DNA of 64,000 nt, from NCBI GenBank assembly GCA_965261835.1, contig OZ253478.1, positions 2,206,914 to 2,270,913 on the forward strand, written 5' to 3'. A program made the position numbers and the translations under genes. Shown here in pieces: positions 40,693 through 48,195 of this stretch (positions are counted from its first letter, which is position 1; each line of letters starts with the position of its first letter). Under the pieces are notes generated by a model. That model searched no databases, was not told where the DNA came from, and saw only the letters and a list, made by a program, of their open reading frames with translations. This DNA comes from Dehalococcoidia bacterium (GTDB lineage: Bacteria; Chloroflexota; Dehalococcoidia; SHYD01).

Positions 40693-41794
40693 CCAGCTTA
40701 GTCAGCGTGTCGGTTAGGCCGGTGTACGCGATCTCCGCCTGCGACGCCATGGCCACGCCGAAGAACCCCTGGCGGCGCATTTCTACTGCCTTCTGCTGCA
40801 CATGAAGCCGGGCGGCATCCCAGGAAACATCACCGAAGAAGTCCACGTAGTTCTTGGCGAACCTCCCCTTCTCATCCAGTGAGAACCCCATGCAGGAGAC
40901 AATCGGTAGGCAGTAGGGGCCAGACACCGGAGTATTGATGGCCACAGGCATGATAGGCATGGTGTGCGAGCCGCGGGCATCGCCCGTGACATAATGGCCG
41001 ATAAGATATGGCTCGATGAGCTCTTCCGGCGCGGGAAAAATGCTCTGGTTGCGAACCAGCGCAATGGGATCGTCCTTGCCGGTGTACTTACCGGCGATGT
41101 TGTGCAGGCGAGTTGCGGAAACCGCGGCAATCTGCTCATCCGGGAAGGCCCGAGAGGCAATGCTCTCGATGGCGAAACGGTCCATGTCCCGCAGCAGCGC
41201 ACAGACGTCCCAGATCCGCTCCGGCACATCCAGCTTGATGACTCGGTCGCCTTCTTTGGAGTCCATGTCGATAATGGTAATGGTGAAGCCTTCATGGAGC
41301 CGCGGGCTGAGGAGCAGCCCGCCGTTGTGCATAGGGTCACAAAACACAAGATAGAGGGGCATGTTGTAGGCGCCCGGCGCACACTTGTCCGCTGCGAACA
41401 CCATGAACGACTCCGCCGGCCGGTGGGAGGGCAGCAGGTCGAACTCGATCTCGGCTACGGCCGGGCCCGCGCCGCGGACGTTGCCGGAGGGCGCGTCCAC
41501 CAGAAGGTCTTGGCCGGCGCCGTAATTGCCCTGCTCTTTAGCCATGTTGGTGGCGGCGATGAAGGCGTTCCACGCCAGATCCACGTGTATCTCTCGGTTA
41601 TTAGTCCCCTTGGTGTGCGACATTATCATGGCAATGTCATCACCAGTGTGGGTGACCAAGCTGTCAATGATAAGGCCTTGCTGGGTTGCTGCAGCCAGAT
41701 CCCGGCGCACAACATCCAGCATTTCCGGGGTGGGTTTAGTATGGCCGCCAATGGATCCAACGTCAGCCTTAATGACGCTCAGGGTCATTTTCAT
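40670..41794 (-). CDS. fbp: Fructose-1,6-bisphosphate aldolase/phosphatase (class V FBPase)
   Basis: MKMTLSVIKADVGSIGGHTKP...SHTKGTNN.EIH..AW..F...GQDLL.DAFSGNV.G.GP. This is highly characteristic of the archaeal-type bifunctional FBP aldolase/phosphatase. RBS GGAGG before ATG 41794. Confidence 0.88.
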   Translation of the reverse strand: MKMTLSVIKADVGSIGGHTKPTPEMLDVVRRDLAAATQQGLIIDSLVTHTGDDIAMIMSHTKGTNNREIHVDLAWNAFIAATNMAKEQGNYGAGQDLLVDAPSGNVRGAGPAVAEIEFDLLPSHRPAESFMVFAADKCAPGAYNMPLYLVFCDPMHNGGLLLSPRLHEGFTITIIDMDSKEGDRVIKLDVPERIWDVCALLRDMDRFAIESIASRAFPDEQIAAVSATRLHNIAGKYTGKDDPIALVRNQSIFPAPEELIEPYLIGHYVTGDARGSHTMPIMPVAINTPVSGPYCLPIVSCMGFSLDEKGRFAKNYVDFFGDVSWDAARLHVQQKAVEMRRQGFFGVAMASQAEIAYTGLTDTLTKLDEEFSSR

Positions 41795-42010
41795 GGGGTA
41801 ACCTCCAGAGGGGATCGGCAAATTCACACGTCTAGTAAGGGGTTGGGTCACACCCAACGGAACATAAGTCTAGCAATCCTATTTTCAGCATGTCAAGGAC
41901 ATCGGCGTGGGACGCTTGTTTCAAGGCGCGAAAAATAGGGGTGCAGCCGACTGAAACAACGGTTTCTTGCCTACACAGGACTGCAGCGCGCACTGTTCCT
42001 GCTTAGGAGA

Positions 42011-42547
42011 TCAGTGTGCGGCGGCGCTCCCCAGCCGAGCCTTTAAGAGCGCGCTACGCTCTAGCAGTGGCTTCTCCAGCAGCGACGGTTCCTCTTGGAC
42101 CAGCACCTTGGCTCGGCTCCAAGCGTAAAACGCATCGTAGACAAGCATGCTCTTCTCGATGTTGTCATCGTCGCCATCGCTGATGAGCATGATGCCCTCA
42201 GACAGGCCATTCAGCCCGACTCCCTCGATAGCAGGCACGTCCATCTCATCCTTGTGGCCGCGGTGCAGCGCCTGGTGGATGCCGGAGTTGATGAGATCCG
42301 CCACATACTTCAGGGCGGGATCGGTGAGGTTATGTTTGCGCATGAGTTTATCGAAGGTTGAGCCATCATCGTCATGGGGGCTCAACTCCACGCCGGGAAT
42401 CGCAAAGGGAATGGCATCGGCAGGACGCTCGTCCTCCTTGCCCCACGGCACGAACACGAACTCGGCCTCCTGATCAATGAAGCGCTTGATAAGCCACGGG
42501 CAGGCCACCCTGTCCAAGTGAACATGTTCTCGAGTCACCCATTTCAT
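42011..42547 (-). CDS. ChrB C-terminal-domain-like protein (chromate resistance family)
   Basis: MKWVTREHVHLDRVACPWLIKRFIDQEAEFVFVP matches the remembered ChrB_C start motif. RBS GGAGGA before ATG 42547. Confidence 0.6.
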   Translation of the reverse strand: MKWVTREHVHLDRVACPWLIKRFIDQEAEFVFVPWGKEDERPADAIPFAIPGVELSPHDDDGSTFDKLMRKHNLTDPALKYVADLINSGIHQALHRGHKDEMDVPAIEGVGLNGLSEGIMLISDGDDDNIEKSMLVYDAFYAWSRAKVLVQEEPSLLEKPLLERSALLKARLGSAAAH

Positions 42548-42578
42548 AGCCAGTCCTCCACAGTACAATCGTAGGGTC

Positions 42579-42603
42579 GCAATAGTCACAATGTTGCTAT
42601 TGC
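42579..42603. promoter_or_regulatory. Inverted repeat GCAATAG-N11-CTATTGC in a divergent intergenic region (candidate operator)
   Basis: GCAATAG (42579..42585) and CTATTGC (42597..42603) lie between the ChrB-like gene and the ECF sigma gene. Confidence 0.3.
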
Positions 42604-42631
42604 AATGAAGGTAGCATCCGCCCAAGAGCGT

Positions 42632-42659
42632 GTCAACGCGCTGACTCCGTACTACGTGT
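42632..42659 (+). promoter_or_regulatory. Candidate ECF-type promoter upstream of the ECF sigma gene
   Basis: GTCAAC (42632..42637), 17-nt spacer, CGTGT (42655..42659). This resembles the generic ECF -35 xAAC / -10 CGT architecture, about 70 nt upstream of the TTG start. Confidence 0.3.
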
Positions 42660-42730
42660 TACCCAAGACCGTCTCGATAGTTTTATGATCAGGACAAGCG
42701 CATTTCGGGTAAATCGAACAGGAGGTCCTC

Positions 42731-43300
42731 TTGGACCGCGAAGCGGCGCTCATCGCCCGGGCAAAACGTGACCCCAGGGCGTTCGGACAGCTCTACGATG
42801 CCTATGTGCAGCAGGTGTACCGGTTTTGCTACCAGCGCACTGGCAGCCACCACCAGGCGCAGGATCTGACGTCCCAGACGTTTCACCGCGCGCTGGAAGG
42901 CCTGCCGCAGTACGAGTGGCGCGGTGTGCCCTTTGGCGCATGGCTCTTCCGGATCGCCGCAAACCTCGCGTCGGACCAGCGGCGCCACGCGCAGCGGGAG
43001 CTCCCCTTGGATGCGGTGTCCCTTCAACCATCAGCAGCAGCATTGGATGATGCGACCGAGGCGCTGCTGCACCGGGAAGCGCTGCAGGGACTGTGGCTGC
43101 TAGTCGATCGGCTGCCGGCCCAGCAGCAAAGAGTGCTGATTCTGCGCTTTGGGCAAGGGCTGAGCAACCAGGAGGTCTCCCGCGTCGTCAATCGTAGCGA
43201 GACCGCCACCAAGCAGCTGGTCTACCGCGCCGTGAAAGCCCTGCGGGAACTGGCTCGCGCCACACCCGCTACGCCCGTTACCGAGGAGGAGCCGAGATGA
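42731..43300 (+). CDS. ECF-type RNA polymerase sigma-70 family factor
   Basis: Sigma-2 region: FGQLYDAYVQQVYRFCYQRTGSHHQAQDLTSQTF...WLFRIAANLASD. Sigma-4 region: LPAQQQRVLILRFGQGLSNQEVSRVVNRSETATKQLVYRAVKALR. TTG start. Confidence 0.88.
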   Translation: MDREAALIARAKRDPRAFGQLYDAYVQQVYRFCYQRTGSHHQAQDLTSQTFHRALEGLPQYEWRGVPFGAWLFRIAANLASDQRRHAQRELPLDAVSLQPSAAALDDATEALLHREALQGLWLLVDRLPAQQQRVLILRFGQGLSNQEVSRVVNRSETATKQLVYRAVKALRELARATPATPVTEEEPR

Positions 43301-44196
43301 CAGGTCAGGACATTGCGCACCTTCTGGAGCAGCGGCTCACCAGACATCCAACCTCGCTGTTCAGCGATCCCGAGGTCGACACGCTGGCGTCGCTGGGGGA
43401 GACGCTGCAGGCCACAGCGCCGCCGGGGCTAATGGACCCGGTCTACCGCCATGAACTGCGCAACCAGTTAGTGGCGTCGAACCCTATCGCCACCGGGACT
43501 GCCGGCGCCGCGCCGGCCCTGCGGTTTTGGAGCACTGCTACGCCCTACGGATCCCTGTACATCGCTTACAGCGGCTCCGTCGTGCGCTACACCGACCTCA
43601 CCGATGACGAGACCCTGTTCGTGCGGCAGTGCATGGCCCGCTTCGGCGTGCGTCCCGAGCGGGACAGCGATCCCCCAAAGCGCCTGAGCCGGACCGTGCG
43701 GGACTTCATCGAAGGGAGCGGACGTTACCGCGGCCCAGTAGATTTAAGCCCGTTACCCGCCTTCCAACAGCGCGTCTTGCAGAAAACCCTGGAGATCCGG
43801 CGAGGCGAAATTCGCTCCTACAACTGGATTGCCAAAGAGCTGGGCGACCCCAAAGCCTCCCGCGCCGTGGGCACGGCGCTGGCCCGCAACCCCATCGCTG
43901 TCCTTATCCCCTGCCATCGCGTGGTGCGATCTGACTACCACATAGGCGAGTACGGCTGCGGCGGCCCCGCCAAGAAGCGGGAAATCCTGGCCCATGAGGG
44001 GGTGAACCTGAGTTTCCTGGAACAGGTCTCACGCCGGGGGTACCGATTCTTTGGCAGCAGCACTACCAACATCTTCTGCCTGCCGGTCTGCCACCGCGCT
44101 CTCCGCACTCAGGAGCGTTACCGCGTCTTCTTTGCGTCTGAGGACGCCGCGCGTGCAGCAGGCTACCGGCCGTGCAAGCTCTGCAAACCGGCGTGA
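43297..44196 (+). CDS. ogt: Three-part fusion: unassigned N-terminal ~75 aa, O6-alkylguanine-DNA alkyltransferase (Ogt/MGMT), C-terminal Ada-type 4-Cys zinc domain
   Basis: ATGA overlap with the sigma stop. The MGMT DNA-binding domain has the active site IPCHRVV. The C-terminus FCLPVCHRAL...GYRPCKLCKP parallels E. coli N-Ada FCRPSCRAR...GFRPCKRCQP, with all four Zn/methyl-acceptor cysteines present. There is no AraC-type HTH. Confidence 0.85.
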   Translation: MTGQDIAHLLEQRLTRHPTSLFSDPEVDTLASLGETLQATAPPGLMDPVYRHELRNQLVASNPIATGTAGAAPALRFWSTATPYGSLYIAYSGSVVRYTDLTDDETLFVRQCMARFGVRPERDSDPPKRLSRTVRDFIEGSGRYRGPVDLSPLPAFQQRVLQKTLEIRRGEIRSYNWIAKELGDPKASRAVGTALARNPIAVLIPCHRVVRSDYHIGEYGCGGPAKKREILAHEGVNLSFLEQVSRRGYRFFGSSTTNIFCLPVCHRALRTQERYRVFFASEDAARAAGYRPCKLCKPA

Positions 44197-45113
44197 TACA
44201 AGAACAGCGGTGCGAACTGCAGCCCACGCCGCACTTCGACTTTGCCCTTGCTCTCCGCTACCTGCGCGGCTCTCCGGGGAGCATTCTGGAAGCGGTAGAC
44301 CAAACTGCGTACCGGCGAGCGCTCACGATAGAGCGCAAAGACGTGCTGATCACCGTCTCCAGCAAGAGCAACGCCATCAACCAACCGCTGGAGGTGCTCG
44401 CGCAGGGAGCGGACCTCACCAGTGCCGACCTGCCGGGCATTGCCCGCTGGGTTGAGCGCACTTTCTCCACCAGCGCCGACACTACCGGCCTGGACGCCCT
44501 GGGGAACACCGACCCCATCTTTGCCCGCGTGCTTGCGGCCTGCCGCGGGCTGCGCCCTATCCTCATGCCCTCAGTATTCGAAGCGCTGTGCTGGGCCATC
44601 ATTGGTCAGCAGATCAACGTGACCTTTGCGGCTAAGTGCAAACGGGCGCTGGCAGAACGCTACGGGCGGCGCCTAACAGTCGATGGCGTGAGTTACCTTC
44701 TCTTCCCTTCAGCAACGGTCTTAGCCTCGCTCCAAGAATCGGAGCTTGCGCCACTGCAATTCAGCCGTCAGAAGTCACGTTATGTCATTAACGCGGCGCG
44801 TGGGGTGGCGGAAGGCACGCTCGACCTTGAAGCGCTCGCCGACCAACCAGCCGAGGAGGTGTTGGAGCACCTGCAAGAGCTGACCGGCGTGGGGCGCTGG
44901 ACCGCGGAGTACGTGCTGATGCGCGGTCTAGGCTATCGCGACGCGATCCCCGCGGCGGACGGTGGCCTGCGCCGCATCATCGGGCAGGCGTACGGCTATG
45001 GCCGGAACGCCACGGAGGAAGAAGTGCGCGCGCTGGCCCAGCACTGGGCGGGGTGGCGCAGCTACGCGGCGTTCTACTGGTGGTTTACCTTGCAGAACCA
45101 GCTATCTGGCTAA
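44172..45113 (+). CDS. alkA: DNA-3-methyladenine glycosylase II (AlkA-like, HhH-GPD)
   Basis: HhH-GPD region LQELTGVGRWTAEYVLMRGLGYRDAIPAADGGLRR. The start is either GTG 44172 or, more attractively, GTG 44193, which forms a GTGA overlap with the ogt-fusion stop. Confidence 0.85.
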   Translation: MQALQTGVIQEQRCELQPTPHFDFALALRYLRGSPGSILEAVDQTAYRRALTIERKDVLITVSSKSNAINQPLEVLAQGADLTSADLPGIARWVERTFSTSADTTGLDALGNTDPIFARVLAACRGLRPILMPSVFEALCWAIIGQQINVTFAAKCKRALAERYGRRLTVDGVSYLLFPSATVLASLQESELAPLQFSRQKSRYVINAARGVAEGTLDLEALADQPAEEVLEHLQELTGVGRWTAEYVLMRGLGYRDAIPAADGGLRRIIGQAYGYGRNATEEEVRALAQHWAGWRSYAAFYWWFTLQNQLSG

Positions 45114-45375
45114 AGGACGAGCGATCCGCGTAGCACCGCGGCAGTTGCTGATCCAAGGAACGCCTATTCCCTGCGGGAGCTCGTACGATAACATATCAAG
45201 CCCGGCGCCGGAGTGTGCGCTGGAGTTGTGGGTGCAATCCTCCACGATGCAGAAGCCGGCGCCAAACCATGAACAATCCACCCTCAATGTCTTGACGTTG
45301 ACTGCTAAGAGTGCGACAGTAGGGGCACCTACGGGGTAGGTACCCTTCTGGTAGAAACTCCTTCAGGAGGTCCAC

Positions 45376-45633
45376 ATGCAGTCCAGTCTCATCGGCAAGA
45401 TCGAGAAGGCGAAGCGGTATGCCCTGGAGCCCGAGCGCATCACGTTTGAAGCATTCAAAGTTGCCTTCCGAGGAGAGAACGACAATCACACCATTGCGTT
45501 CGAAGATGAACACTGGCATTGCACTTGTGATTTCTTTGCCGAGCGCGGCATGTGCAGTCACACCATGGCGCTGGAGAAGCTCTTGGGCGTGATGCTGCCG
45601 GAGCAGGCTCTCTCGGGGATGGCAACGCACTAA
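45376..45633 (+). CDS. Small stand-alone SWIM zinc-finger protein
   Basis: 85 aa. WHCTCDFFAERGMCSHTMA fits the SWIM CxCxnCxH signature. RBS CAGGAGG before the ATG. Confidence 0.6.
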   Translation: MQSSLIGKIEKAKRYALEPERITFEAFKVAFRGENDNHTIAFEDEHWHCTCDFFAERGMCSHTMALEKLLGVMLPEQALSGMATH

Positions 45634-45675
45634 AGCCCCGGCAAGCCCCCAATTAAATAAGGTGTGAAAAACGCT

Positions 45676-45711
45676 AATGCCTGCTGCGTCTTGCAGCGGG
45701 CATTCTGTTTT
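45676..45711. terminator. Hairpin terminator between convergent SWIM gene and galE-side operon
   Basis: AATGCCTGCTGC / GCAGCGGGCATT stem (one G-U pair) with a 5-nt loop, followed on the plus strand by CTGTTTT. Confidence 0.55.
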
Positions 45712-45728
45712 CCCTTATCGAGCGCCGC

Positions 45729-45902
45729 CTAAGAACCCTTGGCCACCCACCTACCGAACAAGATGAGCAGTGGCACCCCCACCAACAGCGGCGCCAGCAG
45801 CCACCAAGAGAACACAAAAAGCAGGCCGAACCCTATCACGCCCAATACTACTCCCAGGGCCATCAACAGCCGCAGCACCGGCTGAACCTCACCTTCGTGC
45901 AT
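45729..45902 (-). CDS. Small (57 aa) two-TM membrane protein downstream of galE
   Basis: MHEGEVQPVLRLLMALGVVLGVIGFGLLFVFSWWLLAPLLVGVPLLILFGRWVAKGS. The ATG at 45902 is preceded by GAGGGA. The longer ORF-track version (to 46232) overlaps galE out of frame and is rejected. Confidence 0.4.
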   Translation of the reverse strand: MHEGEVQPVLRLLMALGVVLGVIGFGLLFVFSWWLLAPLLVGVPLLILFGRWVAKGS

Positions 45903-45915
45903 AACGTCCCTCAGT

Positions 45916-46893
45916 TCACGCTGGCGCGTAGCCGTTGGGATGGGCCAGCCGCCAGCGCCAAGCGCTCTCCACCATCTCGCGCAACCCGTACCGGGGTTGC
46001 CACCCCAGCGCCGCGCGCGCCCGCGCCGTATCGGCAACCGTGATGGGCGCATCACCGGGGCGGCGCGGGCCCAGCGTGACCGCAAGGCCCCGGCCGGTGG
46101 CTGCCTGCACCGTATCCAGCACTTGGCGCACCGAGTACCCAACCTCGTTGCCGAGGTTACACAGCAGATTCCCCTCATCCAGCCGTTCGACGGCTCGCGC
46201 GTGCGCTTCCGCCAGATCCAAAACATGAACATAATCCCGCACTGCGGTGCCGTCCGGCGTGCAGTAATCCGTCCCGAATACAGTCAGGCCCTCCCGCTGG
46301 CCCAACGCAGATTGGAGGGCCAAGGGGATCAAGTGGGTCTCCGGCTGATGGTCTTCACCCAACCGCTCGGAGGCTCCAGCCGCATTGAAATAGCGCAGGG
46401 CGGCGTACTGCAAGCCCGCGCTGGCGGCGTACCAGGCCAGCATGCGTTCCACAATGGCTTTAGACTCGCCATACGGGCTATCGGGTCGGACCGGAGCGTC
46501 CTCCGGTATCGGTACCAGGTCGGGCTCACCGTAGACGGCGGCGCTGGAACTAAACACCAGGCGGCGGACACCGTGCTCCAGCATCGTATTCACCAAAGTG
46601 ACCACGCCGGCCACGTTGTTGGCGAAGTATAGCCCGGGCTGATCCATAGAGTCGGGGACGATGCTGTGCGCCGCAAAATGCAGCACGCCGTCGAAATGCG
46701 CGCGGCGGAACATCGCAGCAAGGGCTTGGGCGTCACCCAAGTCGCCTTGCACAAATGCCGTGCCAGAAGGCACGGCAGCCCGGTGTCCGGTGGTCAGCGC
46801 ATCTAGGATGGCAACCTCATGGCCCCGCGCGAGAAGCACTTCTGCGGTGACACTGCCAATGTAACCCGCTCCTCCGACCACGAGGAGACGCAC
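45916..46893 (-). CDS. galE: UDP-glucose 4-epimerase
   Basis: LLVVGGAGYIGS, the YGESK catalytic motif, and RYFNAAGA. I propose GTG at 46893, immediately after the fabF stop (46898..46900), instead of ATG 46950. Confidence 0.88.
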   Translation of the reverse strand: MRLLVVGGAGYIGSVTAEVLLARGHEVAILDALTTGHRAAVPSGTAFVQGDLGDAQALAAMFRRAHFDGVLHFAAHSIVPDSMDQPGLYFANNVAGVVTLVNTMLEHGVRRLVFSSSAAVYGEPDLVPIPEDAPVRPDSPYGESKAIVERMLAWYAASAGLQYAALRYFNAAGASERLGEDHQPETHLIPLALQSALGQREGLTVFGTDYCTPDGTAVRDYVHVLDLAEAHARAVERLDEGNLLCNLGNEVGYSVRQVLDTVQAATGRGLAVTLGPRRPGDAPITVADTARARAALGWQPRYGLREMVESAWRWRLAHPNGYAPA

Positions 46894-46897
46894 CGAG

Positions 46898-48163
46898 CTA
46901 CTCCTCGTACGCTTGGAGGACCAAGCAGGCGTTCTGACCGCCAAATCCAAAACTGTTGGACATGGCGATGCGGACCGGCACGCGGCGCGCTACGTTGGGC
47001 ACATAGTCCAGGTCACATTCGGGATCGGGCGTCTCGTAGTTCACCGTAGGGTGGATGATACCCTCCAGGATAGTCTTGACCGTCGCCACCGCCTCCACAC
47101 TGCCGGCAGCGCCCAAGAGATGGCCGATCATCGACTTGGTGGAGCTGACGGGTAGGGAGTACGCGGCTTTACCAAACACCTGCTTGATGGCAATGGTCTC
47201 CACCAAGTCATTCAACGGCGTGGAGGTCCCGTGGGCATTGATATAGTCCACATCTGAGGGAGCAATCCCCGCGTCCTCCAGCGCCCACTGCATGGCACGG
47301 GCTGCGCCCCGGCCCTCGGCGTCCGGCGCCACCTTGTGGAAGGCGTCCGCCGACGCAGCATAGCCGGTGATCTCCGCAAGGATGGGCGCGCCGCGGTGCA
47401 GCGCGTGCTCAAGCCGCTCCAGCACGAGAATACCGGAGCCTTCAGCCGCAATAAAACCGTCCCGGTTCTTGTCGAAGGGCCGGCTGGCTTTTTCCGGTTC
47501 CTCATTGTTAGTGGACAGCGCTCGCAACGCACAGAACCCCGCAAGGGCAACCTCGCTGATGCCGGCTTCGGTGCCACCGGTCACCATGACCTGCATACGG
47601 CCGCGCCGCAGCACTTCCGCCGCCTCACCGATGGCCTGAGTCGAGGCGGCGCAGGCGGTGATGATTGTGGAGTTGTAACCCTGCAGACCGTAGGCAATGC
47701 TTACCTCGGCCGCGGCCATGTTAGGAAGCTGCATGGGCATGAAAAAGGGGCTGACGCGGTTGCCGCCCTTGTTGGAGATGGTATGCACTTCCTCCTCAAT
47801 AAGCGGGATACCGCCGTTACCGTTCCCCAACAGAACCCCGGCCAGTTCGCGATCTTCTGCGTCTAGGTCGAGCGCGGCGTCTTCCAGCGCCATCTTGGTG
47901 GCGGAAACCGCAAACTGACTGAACCGCGCCATGCGTCGGGCGTCTTTGGCCGCCATAAACACGGAGGGGTCAAAGCCCTTGACCTCTGCATCTAGAGTGG
48001 AGGGATAACCCTCGTGCTTGCACAAGGTGATCCGTCCCACTCCAGAGCGGCCTGCCAACAGTCCCGACCAATAGTCATCCACATTCAGCCCCAAGGGGGT
48101 GAGAGCACCCATCCCGGTGATCACCACCCTAGGCCTACCATCAGGCCTCGAACGAATCGCCAT
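46898..48163 (-). CDS. fabF: Beta-ketoacyl-ACP synthase II
   Basis: RVVITGMGALTPLG, the active-site ACAAS context (IITACAAST), HGTSTPLND and SNSFGFGGQNA. Start chosen at ATG 48163. Confidence 0.92.
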   Translation of the reverse strand: MAIRSRPDGRPRVVITGMGALTPLGLNVDDYWSGLLAGRSGVGRITLCKHEGYPSTLDAEVKGFDPSVFMAAKDARRMARFSQFAVSATKMALEDAALDLDAEDRELAGVLLGNGNGGIPLIEEEVHTISNKGGNRVSPFFMPMQLPNMAAAEVSIAYGLQGYNSTIITACAASTQAIGEAAEVLRRGRMQVMVTGGTEAGISEVALAGFCALRALSTNNEEPEKASRPFDKNRDGFIAAEGSGILVLERLEHALHRGAPILAEITGYAASADAFHKVAPDAEGRGAARAMQWALEDAGIAPSDVDYINAHGTSTPLNDLVETIAIKQVFGKAAYSLPVSSTKSMIGHLLGAAGSVEAVATVKTILEGIIHPTVNYETPDPECDLDYVPNVARRVPVRIAMSNSFGFGGQNACLVLQAYEE

Positions 48164-48195
48164 GCTCCGATACCTCAACCAAGTCAAATGAGTCC

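Noticed and set aside
40964-41938. 324-aa plus-strand ORF opposite the FBP aldolase/phosphatase gene.
   Set aside because: It is antisense to a highly recognisable conserved enzyme, with no RBS or motif support.
45903-46232. Upstream two-thirds of ORF 45729..46232 (minus strand).
   Set aside because: It overlaps galE in another frame. Only the last 57 codons (45729..45902), which lie outside galE and are hydrophobic with an RBS, were kept as a tentative small gene.
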